DNA from: a virus
Lineage: Duplodnaviria > Caudoviricetes
IMG/VR virus record: IMGVR_UViG_3300032225_001599
Coordinates: 1 to 25,073 of that record
Length of the DNA stretch: 25,073 nucleotides
Reading direction: 5' to 3' (one strand)
Under the pieces are notes generated by a model. That model was not told the origin of the DNA. It was given only the letters and a program-made list of their open reading frames with translations, and searched no databases. The position numbers were made by a program, and so were the translations under genes. Numbering within the stretch: position 1 is the first letter of the stretch; each line of letters begins with the position of its first letter. This document shows positions 5,639 to 13,939 of this stretch, piece by piece.

Positions 5639-6804
5639 TACAACTTCCAGACAGTCCCTGTAAAGTCCTTTTCCTTTTCTAACTCAAAACAAACTAAACC
5701 AGGCTGTGAATCTTCACCAGAGTTTAATCTCCACCAATTACTTCCATTATCGAGAGTTGCAGCTTGAATCCAGAAACGACTTGTCCCTCTGTTAGTTGAC
5801 CCAAGTTCTTGAACTCGCAAATGATGAAAATGACCTGAAACTAAAATTGTTGAAGCAGTTACAGGTTGTTTACTGAAAGATTGTTTACGCCACCAATCAG
5901 GTATGCTTTCAGGTCTGTTCGCTTGATGTCCATGAACCATACCTAAAACATGGTAAGAATCTTGAAATACATCTAGGGCAAGCGATTCATCATGCATTGC
6001 AGGTTCATGGAAAGTTATGTCAAGTCCAACTTCTTTACTCAACCTAGCCAAAGTCCTACCAATGTGAATACCCCAATCATCTATCGGAGTACCAACTTTC
6101 TGCTTATTCACCCTAAACTGACAATGATTACTACCAATCGAAAGATAAGTTACAGGTGCAAACTTGACAAGTTCCTTCAAAGTTTCCCACGCCATACTCG
6201 TAGCAACATCAATCTGTTGCATCAAAGACATTGAATTTGTGGCTAACTGATGCAAGTCCTGACTGCTAGTAATACCCTCAATAGTGTCACCAACATCACA
6301 AAAAATAATGCGTTCAGGTTTAATTTCTTTTACCTTGTTTATCAACTTGACTTGCGTTTCAGCAATACGAACAAACATAGCTTCAGTTCCGCCCCTATGG
6401 TCAACTTTACCTACCTGTAAATCAGACCACAGCACAACAAAAGCCTTACCAGATGCAACAGATTTAGATACAACAGGTTTAGTTTTCTTAGCCAAAGCAT
6501 AAAGTAAAGGCAAATCAAGTTTTGCATTTTTTCTACGCCAGCGAATCCTGACAGCAGTCATCCACATAGGGTCTAACGGAAAAGGTCTAGCAACCTGCCA
6601 GCGACTAATTCTAGGTTCACCAACAATATCAATCTCATCAGGATTAATACCTGCATCACGCAAAAAACCTTCAATATCTAAAGGATTATCGCCTTCAACA
6701 GCAGGAAGAGTTGCTTCTCCACCCTCACCATCAAAAACAATACTTGGATTCCAACCTTCAGGAACAGTAACCTTTGGTGCAGGTGTAGCTAAATTCTCCA
6801 ACAT
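5638..6804 (-). CDS. Calcineurin-like metallophosphoesterase (Mre11/SbcD-like)
   Basis: SDLQVG, VGDTIE, SNH, HGH and GHFHH motifs. Confidence 0.85.
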   Translation of the reverse strand: MLENLATPAPKVTVPEGWNPSIVFDGEGGEATLPAVEGDNPLDIEGFLRDAGINPDEIDIVGEPRISRWQVARPFPLDPMWMTAVRIRWRRKNAKLDLPLLYALAKKTKPVVSKSVASGKAFVVLWSDLQVGKVDHRGGTEAMFVRIAETQVKLINKVKEIKPERIIFCDVGDTIEGITSSQDLHQLATNSMSLMQQIDVATSMAWETLKELVKFAPVTYLSIGSNHCQFRVNKQKVGTPIDDWGIHIGRTLARLSKEVGLDITFHEPAMHDESLALDVFQDSYHVLGMVHGHQANRPESIPDWWRKQSFSKQPVTASTILVSGHFHHLRVQELGSTNRGTSRFWIQAATLDNGSNWWRLNSGEDSQPGLVCFELEKEKDFTGTVWKL

Positions 6805-7013
6805 GAGCAACGCTTTCCTGTATGGCTATCAATTGAATAGCGACTAACTTTTAAACCACGCTCATTTAGAGCAGTTGTAAGAGCCGAATTGTTCCACACA
6901 GGCGAGTCTAATGCTTCAGCCAAGATTTTTCTATCTACTTCAGATAGCGAACCTAAAATTGTTTTAATTTTGCACGAATACTGGCGTGTAGAAGGAGTCA
7001 AATCTTCAAGCAT
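6789..7013 (-). CDS. Small helical/zinc-binding protein upstream of the phosphoesterase
   Basis: C...H..KRCSC pattern with an HTH-like middle; start revised to MLEDL. Confidence 0.75.
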   Translation of the reverse strand: MLEDLTPSTRQYSCKIKTILGSLSEVDRKILAEALDSPVWNNSALTTALNERGLKVSRYSIDSHTGKRCSCWRI

Positions 7014-7206
7014 CAGATTTCTCAATCAAAACAGGGCTAGTCAAATGATGGCACAAATTACGGATACTAGCCAAAATGACAGGATGGGTTACAGTATTAG
7101 CTTCCTCAATAACATCTGCTATCTTATGGCGAACCAAATCAAAATCATTAGACCACAACAAGTTATCGTCTCGTAACAGTTTCACTGCTTCATGCGAACT
7201 AATCAT
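7006..7206 (-). CDS. Hypothetical protein
   Basis: ORF track; GGAGA RBS favours MISSH. Confidence 0.7.
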   Translation of the reverse strand: MISSHEAVKLLRDDNLLWSNDFDLVRHKIADVIEEANTVTHPVILASIRNLCHHLTSPVLIEKSDA

Positions 7207-7330
7207 CTCTATCTCCATCATCAAATAAATCTTTATTATTTATTAGTTGTTCAAGCCACCAAATAACCGAAAATCCAACTATCAACATGACAATACCGAT
7301 AACACCTATTGAACTAAATATTTCAAACAT
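7199..7330 (-). CDS. Small single-TM protein (43 aa; not in ORF track)
   Basis: MFEIFSSIGVIGIVMLIVGFSVIWWLEQ...; GAGGGAAA RBS; fills the gap with overlaps. Confidence 0.6.
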   Translation of the reverse strand: MFEIFSSIGVIGIVMLIVGFSVIWWLEQLINNKDLFDDGDRDD

Positions 7331-7517
7331 TATTTCCCTCTACTTCTATCTTGTGTTCCTTACTGTTATAAACACGCATAATTAAGATACAAGGGTCACC
7401 TTCTTCAGATTCTTTCCACTTAGATTCACTCATAGGAGTTCCATCATGGGTCTCGCAAATAATTTGACTAACCCAATGGTTATCTCTGCCTATTTGTAGC
7501 CATTCACTTAGTTCCAT
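7323..7517 (-). CDS. Hypothetical phage protein
   Basis: WLQIG...W...CETHDGTPM...EGDPC motif. Confidence 0.75.
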   Translation of the reverse strand: MELSEWLQIGRDNHWVSQIICETHDGTPMSESKWKESEEGDPCILIMRVYNSKEHKIEVEGNNV

Positions 7518-7816
7518 TAGTTTTCCTTTTCTTTGCAGTAATCACACTTTTTTGCATAGCAAGAACAATTCTTATCATCACAAGGGTCGCACTCACAATA
7601 CTCAACCTTTATCAATTTGATAAGTTCAGAAGTATTCCAAGTAACTTCATCCTCAGCAGAAACATCATCAATCAAATTGATGATGCGTTCTTGCTCTAAC
7701 TCTGCTTGTTCTTCTCTATGAGCTTCAAGCATTAATGCAAGTGTTTCTTTGAAATGTTTTTCAGATTCTTTAGCCATCTCTAACAGCCATATTGGGTCAA
7801 AGTTAGGGTTAATCAT
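7517..7816 (-). CDS. Hypothetical protein with Cys-rich C-terminal tail
   Basis: EQERIINLI motif; CECDPCDDKNCSCYAKKCDYC; AAGGAG RBS before MINPN. Confidence 0.7.
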   Translation of the reverse strand: MINPNFDPIWLLEMAKESEKHFKETLALMLEAHREEQAELEQERIINLIDDVSAEDEVTWNTSELIKLIKVEYCECDPCDDKNCSCYAKKCDYCKEKEN

Positions 7817-8000
7817 TTTTTTCTCCTTTAATGAGCTCAATTAATTTATCTTTACTTGTTTGTATTAATTGAACATCACCCATCCAAATAAAAGGTGTTC
7901 TTTCAAGCAAATTTATTATGCGTTGCTGTTCCTTAGAAATGCCATTTTCGTATGCTCGTTGAATCCACTCATCAAGTTTTTCATTTTCAGCCCAAGACAT
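7809..8000 (-). CDS. Hypothetical protein
   Basis: EQQRIINLL...LIELIKGE motif; AAAGGA RBS. Confidence 0.75.
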   Translation of the reverse strand: MSWAENEKLDEWIQRAYENGISKEQQRIINLLERTPFIWMGDVQLIQTSKDKLIELIKGEKND

Positions 8001-8115
8001 TTTTAATCCTTTTCTTTAGGTCTGGTTTGACAAAGAAACGCCAACGATTCTGAAGGCGTAAATATTGTTGAAATAAGCGACCACCAAATTTGTAGTTGCC
8101 CCTATGTTTAGCCAT
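7987..8115 (-). CDS. Basic microprotein (42 aa; not in ORF track)
   Basis: MAKHRGNYKFGGRLFQQYLRLQNRW...; GAAAGGGA RBS directly after a promoter. Confidence 0.65.
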   Translation of the reverse strand: MAKHRGNYKFGGRLFQQYLRLQNRWRFFVKPDLKKRIKNVLG

Positions 8116-8143
8116 TTGTCCCTTTCTCGCTTTCATAGACCTA

Positions 8144-8185
8144 AATCTAGCCCAGCAAGTATCCCAAAGTCAATAGCAACACGCC
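8144..8185 (-). promoter_or_regulatory. SigA-type promoter
   Basis: TTGACT-N18-TAGATT, with GGCGTGTT just upstream of the -35. Confidence 0.6.
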
Positions 8186-8192
8186 AAATAAA

Positions 8193-8582
8193 TTAATCTT
8201 TTATTTCAGTAATTTGAACCTGAACACCAGTCCAACCATCAACCGAATAACGCTTATAAGCATGTAAATCAATAACCCTACTGTCATCCACAATAGCCTC
8301 GCCTTTAGTCAAACCATCCAAAACAGCCCTACACAGTTTATCCGTATCGGGTATCACAGTTGGATACATCCTAGAAACAGAAGAAGGCCTTGGAAGATAA
8401 AACCAAAGTTCCACTTCCAAAGCCCCATCCATAGGTTCTTCAAATAAAGACTGACATTCCAATTCAATAGCTTTACGCCAAGCAGGAAGATATTTGCTCG
8501 CTTCAATCATGCGACCATTGCCAACATGGCGTTTAGACCCCTGCGGTGCTGGAACACCAAAAACAGCAAACTTAGTTATCAT
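8193..8582 (-). CDS. rusA: RusA-like Holliday junction resolvase
   Basis: GVPAPQGSK...PDTDKLCRAVLDGL...DDSRV. Confidence 0.92.
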   Translation of the reverse strand: MITKFAVFGVPAPQGSKRHVGNGRMIEASKYLPAWRKAIELECQSLFEEPMDGALEVELWFYLPRPSSVSRMYPTVIPDTDKLCRAVLDGLTKGEAIVDDSRVIDLHAYKRYSVDGWTGVQVQITEIKD

Positions 8583-8730
8583 GCCTTTTATAGTAGTTCA
8601 CACAAAGAACAATAAACCAAACAGCAGCAAAAAAATAAGGTAAAAATGCTTGCTCAACAGATTTACTGTTCATACCTATCCAAATAAATTCAACAACAGT
8701 TGAAAACAAAATTAGATAGGCGAGTTTCAA
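8572..8730 (-). CDS. Small two-TM protein (TTG start; not in ORF track)
   Basis: LKLAYLILFSTVVEFIWIGM...PYFFAAVWFIVLCVNYYKRHDN; overlaps both neighbours. Confidence 0.55.
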   Translation of the reverse strand: MKLAYLILFSTVVEFIWIGMNSKSVEQAFLPYFFAAVWFIVLCVNYYKRHDN

Positions 8731-9029
8731 AATGTATCCCAATTAGTGGTTGCAGGTTGAGAAACAATAGAAACTTCCTTAGCGTTAATAGTGAGTTGTG
8801 CATAAACCACAGGATTACCCGTACCCTGCTCAACAAACTCATTAACATTTGCTGAAGCAGAACCAATAATGTTCACTACCTGCCCAACCTCAACAGGAAT
8901 AGTTGACCAAACTTTATAGTTTTGTTTTCCTTCAGTTCCATCAACCTTTTTAAAAGTATCGAACGCAACAAAAAACTTTGCAAAAGATTTAGTTACAGTC
9001 AGATTTGTTGCTTTAATTGTGTTAGGCAC
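8727..9029 (-). CDS. Putative single-stranded DNA-binding (OB-fold) protein
   Basis: Beta-rich 100 aa ending NWDTF; lies between the initiator and RusA. Confidence 0.55.
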   Translation of the reverse strand: MPNTIKATNLTVTKSFAKFFVAFDTFKKVDGTEGKQNYKVWSTIPVEVGQVVNIIGSASANVNEFVEQGTGNPVVYAQLTINAKEVSIVSQPATTNWDTF

Positions 9030-9032
9030 AAT

Positions 9033-9302
9033 TTACCCTTTCTCTATATGTTTTGGATTTACACAATCAGAATGATTGCATATTCTTACACCTGGTAAAA
9101 CTTCAACCCCACCAGATAAGGGAGTAACTCCATCAGCATCAAAATCGCCTTTATGAGGAACACACTTCAGGCTACCATACTGAACAATTTTTGCAGGTTT
9201 GGCACGACATGAAGCACAAAATAAATCAGTTTGTCCACGCTTATCAGGCGAAACCACCCAACTGTAACCGCATCTATTACAGATAATTTTGTTGTCATCC
9301 AC
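9033..9302 (-). CDS. Zinc-finger hypothetical protein
   Basis: CNRCG, CASC, CNHSDCVNPKH. Confidence 0.8.
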   Translation of the reverse strand: MDDNKIICNRCGYSWVVSPDKRGQTDLFCASCRAKPAKIVQYGSLKCVPHKGDFDADGVTPLSGGVEVLPGVRICNHSDCVNPKHIEKG

Positions 9303-9306
9303 ACCA

Positions 9307-10107
9307 TCAGTTTATTTCCTTCTGACCATTGTGCAACTTACATTCAAAACAGTTATAGATAATTCGTTCATGCACACACAACTTAGGGGCATTTCGTTTC
9401 ACTTCCTCTTCACGCAATTTATCTTCCAAAGCCTGTTTCTTCTGCAACTCCTTCAACTTCAAAGTTTTAGCTTCTTCACTTGCCTTAATTTCAGCAATTA
9501 TCTCTTCCTTAGATTTAGTTCTCTCAGGAAGCAACCCATCACCCCAACGGTCACCATTCAACCAAGTTGTCGGATAAGGGATGAACTCTGCTGGCGGAAG
9601 GTTAGGGTCATGGGCGAAACGGATAGCACCAGCCAAAATTTCGTCATGCGTAGCCCTAGCCAAAGCGGATTCAAATGCTTTCAAAGCAGCTCGTTTAGAT
9701 ACCTTACGAGGATAAACATTCCAAAATTCTTCAAAATGAGCATATAGGTTAATATATGTTTCTTTTAAAGGTTTGTGTGCCACATCTGTCACCCCTGATT
9801 TACCCAGTCTGTCACCCCTGCTTACCTGACCTGTCACCCCTGACAAAATAATCCAATACTTATTTGTCTTGTATTGACCACCAAAATCAGAGCCATTTAC
9901 CTCAACAGTAATCTCCCCAATTTCTTGAAGATACTGCAAATCTCGTTTAATTGACCTTTCAGACGAATTAGCGTACCTAGCTAAAGTAGCGATAGCAGGC
10001 CAAGCACCATTATCGCCATGATGATTTGCTATCCCTATCAAAACAAGTTTTGCACGCCCCTCAGCACGACTATTATTCAAAACAAGGCTTATCATCTCTA
10101 CACTCAT
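9307..10107 (-). CDS. Phage replication initiator (N-terminal winged HTH; lambda O-like organisation)
   Basis: AKLVLIGIANH...AWPAIATLARYANSSERSI; FEEFWNVYPRK...IPYPTTWLNGDRW; internal iterons. Confidence 0.85.
   Translation of the reverse strand: MSVEMISLVLNNSRAEGRAKLVLIGIANHHGDNGAWPAIATLARYANSSERSIKRDLQYLQEIGEITVEVNGSDFGGQYKTNKYWIILSGVTGQVSRGDRLGKSGVTDVAHKPLKETYINLYAHFEEFWNVYPRKVSKRAALKAFESALARATHDEILAGAIRFAHDPNLPPAEFIPYPTTWLNGDRWGDGLLPERTKSKEEIIAEIKASEEAKTLKLKELQKKQALEDKLREEEVKRNAPKLCVHERIIYNCFECKLHNGQKEIN
9786..9842. repeat. Three iterons CTGTCACCCCTG, probable replication origin
   Basis: Copies at 9786, 9809 and 9831 (22-23 bp period) in the initiator linker, next to AT-rich 9748-9770. 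Confidence 0.8.
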
Positions 10108-10159
10108 CAAAAGCCCCCTAGAAGGCATTTAAAGGCGTTTTTGCGTAGGTTTAACATGC

Positions 10160-10489
10160 TTACCCTTCAGACTCTAATAAAGCATCCATAATTTTGTGTG
10201 ATGACAAAGCAACATCATCAGTAGCACCAGCCGCATACCTGCCAGCATTAAAAAACAACTTATCTCTCTGTTCACGCATAGCTTCTAACTGTTCCAGTTC
10301 AGCATCAAAATAAGCCCGAATATGTTTAATCTCAGGTCTAGTCAAATTCTTGCGAATTTCAACCAAATTATTGGCGTTCTCAAGATAAGTCAAATCAAGG
10401 CGTTCCTTCTCCAACGCTAAAAGATAAGCCAACCACTCAGAATCATCTAAAACCTTCTTCAAAACCTGTGAATCATCAAATTTACTCAT
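10160..10489 (-). CDS. Hypothetical helical protein
   Basis: 109-aa ORF in operon. Confidence 0.75.
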   Translation of the reverse strand: MSKFDDSQVLKKVLDDSEWLAYLLALEKERLDLTYLENANNLVEIRKNLTRPEIKHIRAYFDAELEQLEAMREQRDKLFFNAGRYAAGATDDVALSSHKIMDALLESEG

Positions 10490-10495
10490 AAATCC

Positions 10496-10837
10496 CTAAC
10501 CTAAATGCAAACGATATAAAGTTTTATTCCAGTCATTATCAATCAAAAACCAGTCACCATTCATAAAATCATAGACAGGCGTATGCTCAGGAAACTTGAA
10601 TCTCTCCAACTTCCAACCACACATCAAAGCCTTATCCCTAAACTCAGCGTTAGATTCCATAAAAACATTAGATTCACTACACAAAACAATCAAATTAGAA
10701 GGAACATCCAGCAGCTTAGAACCACCCATACCCCGATTAATGCGGTGTTGCGGAACAAGAGTGTCATCAATACGCCCACAATGCCAACAACACTTATCAC
10801 GCTCTAAAACCTTAGCCCAAACAGATTTACTAACCAT
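10496..10837 (-). CDS. HNH-family endonuclease
   Basis: VLERDKCCWHCG...QHRINRGMGGS...NLIVLC..SN. Confidence 0.8.
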   Translation of the reverse strand: MVSKSVWAKVLERDKCCWHCGRIDDTLVPQHRINRGMGGSKLLDVPSNLIVLCSESNVFMESNAEFRDKALMCGWKLERFKFPEHTPVYDFMNGDWFLIDNDWNKTLYRLHLG

Positions 10838-11168
10838 GCCTAAAAGTCAACTCCACCTGTTTAGCAATAACAGCAGTCAAAGTACCAGCATCCGAAATCT
10901 GCTTAATTTTAGCCTTCACACGACTCAACTCAACTTTCGCCATATCATGTTCAAACTTCAACTCAGCGGTCTTTAAACGAGCAACAGCAGTCCTATCAGC
11001 AACCGTACCCTGCGCTTCAAGAAAAGCAGACTGAAAAGCCTTCTCATAAACCAAATCCCTATCAGCAACCTTAATCTCAGCATCATAAAGAGCATTAATA
11101 CCCTTCTCACCAGACTGAATAAGCTCATTCAGTTTGGCAATAACCTGGTCAGGACTAACTATTTCCAA
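10830..11168 (-). CDS. Coiled-coil hypothetical protein of the recombination operon
   Basis: 112-aa helical ORF, GTVADR motif. Confidence 0.75.
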   Translation of the reverse strand: MEIVSPDQVIAKLNELIQSGEKGINALYDAEIKVADRDLVYEKAFQSAFLEAQGTVADRTAVARLKTAELKFEHDMAKVELSRVKAKIKQISDAGTLTAVIAKQVELTFRHG

Positions 11169-11643
11169 GTTCTTTACCCCACATCACAATCTTCTCCAAC
11201 TGTTCTTTAGGCAACTTAGCCTGTTGAGCTTCAACATACAAAGCCTTCAACTTCACTAAATCCTTATTAAAATACGCTTCACTAGACTGAGAATAAATGT
11301 CATCATTAGCACGATTTACTTTATCCATCTCTTGTGCTGAAGGTCGTTTACCTTTAGGGCTGAACTGCCCGCCGAGAGCCGAAATTGCTCTTCCGTAAGA
11401 ACTGGTAGCACAATTTTCGACAAAGGACACCTTGTTCACATTGCTAGTTCCAATACGCTCTTCAGCGAAATCAACTGTCGCAGGTTTCTCATCAGCCTTA
11501 TCTAAATAAACTTCAGCCTTCATAACAACTTGAGTTTCTGTAAGTGAAACAATTTCAAGATTCAAACGACCATTTGGAAAAGCACTCCAAAATAAATCAA
11601 TTCTCTCCTGAACTGTCTGATATTGCGAAAGGTCGAAGCCCAT
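11155..11643 (-). CDS. Putative single-strand annealing protein (partner of YqaJ)
   Basis: YQTVQERI...ENCATSSYGRAI...SAQEM; position after the exonuclease; function inferred. Confidence 0.6.
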   Translation of the reverse strand: MGFDLSQYQTVQERIDLFWSAFPNGRLNLEIVSLTETQVVMKAEVYLDKADEKPATVDFAEERIGTSNVNKVSFVENCATSSYGRAISALGGQFSPKGKRPSAQEMDKVNRANDDIYSQSSEAYFNKDLVKLKALYVEAQQAKLPKEQLEKIVMWGKELGNS

Positions 11644-11828
11644 TATTTTTTCTCCTTCATGTCAACAGTTTTTAACCAGATAATAAGTTCGTTGCGTTCC
11701 TCTTTAGTTAACTCGATAGCAAACCTAGAAAAATAGCCGTAACCACTATGTTTTAACACCGAAATCTCTAACTGTGCATCACCATCACTGCCAAAACCAA
11801 AACCATCAAATTCGTATCTTTTATTCAT
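11643..11828 (-). CDS. Hypothetical protein
   Basis: 61-aa coupled ORF. Confidence 0.65.
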   Translation of the reverse strand: MNKRYEFDGFGFGSDGDAQLEISVLKHSGYGYFSRFAIELTKEERNELIIWLKTVDMKEKK

Positions 11829-11830
11829 TT

Positions 11831-12697
11831 TTAGCCCTTTGTCTTAACTGATAAATAAGGTGTCCCACCATTACGGGAAGAACGAGTAGCAACAACTTTG
11901 CCATTTAAAGAACCATACTTTGCTTTACCCATAAGGTCAAGGATTTGACTCTTTAACTTAGTTACTCTTTCAGAAGTCAAATCAAGGTCAGCTTGAAGAA
12001 ACAACAAACTTGTACCCAATTCACCTAATTCAACTTCTTCTTCCACAATTTCAGGATGCATGACCCTAACAGTTTGAAAAGTGCTTTCAGAGCCATCCCA
12101 ATCAGGTGCAACATCTTTTTGCAACTTAGCCCAAAACTCTTCAACCCTAGCAACCATACGGTCAGCGTAATCAGCGTTATAGTCTAAATGAAAAGTCTCT
12201 AACTGATTACCTTGAAACAAGACAACAACCTTACACCACTTCAACCCAAGAAGATGCATGTACCAAATACATTGAGCTGCATAATGTTCAGGAACATAAT
12301 CCCACCGATAACCAGCAGTTTTAATCTCTAACAAACCATAAGTGTCACCATCAAACAAAATGCCGTCAGGGTTAGCATGTTTCCAACCATCAGCCCAAGT
12401 ACCAGTAGTAAACATTTTGTATTCAGGGTTACGCAAACCCCATTCATCAAAAATGAGTGGTTCAACAATAGTTCCCCAACGCATCTTCTCGTTTTGTTCA
12501 AAAATATCATCAATACGCTTAGTCAACTTAGCCCACAAAGTAAAGGCTGACTCCCAAGGATTTAACCCTAAAATAGTTCCAACCTGTGAACCACCAATAC
12601 CAGAACCCCTAAGTTCATGCCATTCAGCACTTTGATTCTCAAACTCGCCAATCAACTTAGCCGAACCAAATAACCCATGATTTAATTTATTAGACAT
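11831..12697 (-). CDS. YqaJ-like (lambda exonuclease family) recombination exonuclease
   Basis: EWHELRGSGIGGS...HANPDG...LEIKT...YAAQCIWYM. Confidence 0.92.
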   Translation of the reverse strand: MSNKLNHGLFGSAKLIGEFENQSAEWHELRGSGIGGSQVGTILGLNPWESAFTLWAKLTKRIDDIFEQNEKMRWGTIVEPLIFDEWGLRNPEYKMFTTGTWADGWKHANPDGILFDGDTYGLLEIKTAGYRWDYVPEHYAAQCIWYMHLLGLKWCKVVVLFQGNQLETFHLDYNADYADRMVARVEEFWAKLQKDVAPDWDGSESTFQTVRVMHPEIVEEEVELGELGTSLLFLQADLDLTSERVTKLKSQILDLMGKAKYGSLNGKVVATRSSRNGGTPYLSVKTKG

Positions 12698-12711
12698 ACG
12701 CCCCTTTTCTA

Positions 12712-12747
12712 TTTACAACTGACTGAATTATCAGTAAGGTAAGTGTA
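12712..12747 (+). promoter_or_regulatory. SigA-type promoter for a leaderless whiB mRNA
   Basis: TTTACA-N17-TAAGGT-N6-ATG; no Shine-Dalgarno sequence. Confidence 0.65.
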
Positions 12748-12764
12748 TGACAAACCACCGACAA
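12742..12764 (-). promoter_or_regulatory. RecA-NDp (PafBC-dependent) promoter driving the recombination/replication operon
   Basis: TTGTCGGTG-GTTTGTCA-TACACT matches tTGTCRgtg-N8-TAnnnT exactly; -10 lies about 45 bp upstream of the exonuclease ATG. Confidence 0.75.
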
Positions 12765-13061
12765 ACAATACCAATTTCAAGAAAATTGTTTTCGCTATTA
12801 GAAAAAATGGAAGAAGTAGGCGAACTGCCTTGCCAAAACTATCCTGAAAGTTTTTATCCAGAGGGCGGTGAAATTAAAAGGCGAGAAGAAACCCAAATAG
12901 CTAAATCACTATGCCAAACCTGCCCAATAATTGAAGAGTGTAGAATGTATGCTTTAGAAGCTAAAGAAGAATACGGTATTTGGGGTGGATTAGACCCAGA
13001 AGAAAGACGAAACTTTCTAAAATCTATTTCTTCATCTCGGAGTCAACTGAATCGTCTTTAA
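12747..13061 (+). CDS. whiB: WhiB-family Fe-S transcription factor
   Basis: C...AKSLCQTCPIIEECRMYAL...YGIWGGL..EER. Confidence 0.95.
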   Translation: MTNHRQTIPISRKLFSLLEKMEEVGELPCQNYPESFYPEGGEIKRREETQIAKSLCQTCPIIEECRMYALEAKEEYGIWGGLDPEERRNFLKSISSSRSQLNRL

Positions 13062-13305
13062 CATTTTTCAACTGAACACTCTGCTGAAAAGCTGCGTTAA
13101 TTTCATTTTGACTCAACTTACCATCCTCAAGGAAAGCCAAAGATAAACGCTCAATCACCTTAGCGACAGCAAGAATGCCACCAACAAAAGCTGCTGTAGC
13201 AGGTGCAACACCACCAAGGCTACCTGCCCCAATAACACCCAACGCTGAAGCCACAAAAGTTGCGACAACTCGCAAAATAACATTACCGAACAACTTGTAA
13301 TTCAT
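13024..13305 (-). CDS. Putative holin / two-TM membrane protein
   Basis: Two hydrophobic helices, DGKLSQNEINAAF tail; directly after the endolysin. Confidence 0.6.
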   Translation of the reverse strand: MNYKLFGNVILRVVATFVASALGVIGAGSLGGVAPATAAFVGGILAVAKVIERLSLAFLEDGKLSQNEINAAFQQSVQLKNVKDDSVDSEMKK

Positions 13306-13307
13306 TA

Positions 13308-13769
13308 CTACCCCAAATTAGCCAAAATGTGTTTCAAAGGGTCAACTAAATCATCATAAGCAGCCAAATGAATCTCAGGATTAGACCAAGCCTTATTAGC
13401 CTTACCAATAGACAAATGAAGATGCGCCCCTGTACTAGCTGAACCGCTAGGAGTGTTCTTACCGCCACCAACCTTACCGATAATGTCACCCAAAGCAACC
13501 TTGTCACCCTTCTTCAAAGAAGGTTTCTCAGCAAGATGAGCATACAAAATCCAGTAACCATCCTTACCCGAATGAACAACAAACCAACCTAAAACATCAG
13601 ACCACTCAGCCAAAGCCACAGTACCAGCAGTAATAGCAGGAATAGGACTCTTCTCGGCAGGAGACCAATCCTGACCCCTATGAGGTCTGCCATTACGGTA
13701 AGGGGCAAGATTACCAAACTCATCATTACGAGTTTTAACAGGAAACGGCTCTTTATAGATAACAGACAT
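13308..13769 (-). CDS. M23 peptidase endolysin
   Basis: HRGQD (HxxxD), YAHL, STGAHLH (HxH), VDP. Confidence 0.9.
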   Translation of the reverse strand: MSVIYKEPFPVKTRNDEFGNLAPYRNGRPHRGQDWSPAEKSPIPAITAGTVALAEWSDVLGWFVVHSGKDGYWILYAHLAEKPSLKKGDKVALGDIIGKVGGGKNTPSGSASTGAHLHLSIGKANKAWSNPEIHLAAYDDLVDPLKHILANLG

Positions 13770-13771
13770 AA

Positions 13772-13939
13772 TTATTCCTTCGGATTACGCAAACGAAAAG
13801 TAACAATCCAGATTGCAAGTGATACCAGAATACACCAGCCAACAATACTCTTCGCAGAGCCTTCCAACACAATCCAAGCAACAAACATGCCTAAAAGTGT
13901 CCACAACTGAGCAACAATGTCATTAAAAAAGTTTTTCAC
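13772..13939 (-). CDS. Small two-TM protein (55 aa, GTG start; not in ORF track)
   Basis: VKNFFNDIVAQLWTLLGMFVAWIVLEGSAKSIVGWCILVSLAIWIVTF...; AGGAG RBS, GTGA overlap. Confidence 0.75.
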   Translation of the reverse strand: MKNFFNDIVAQLWTLLGMFVAWIVLEGSAKSIVGWCILVSLAIWIVTFRLRNPKE

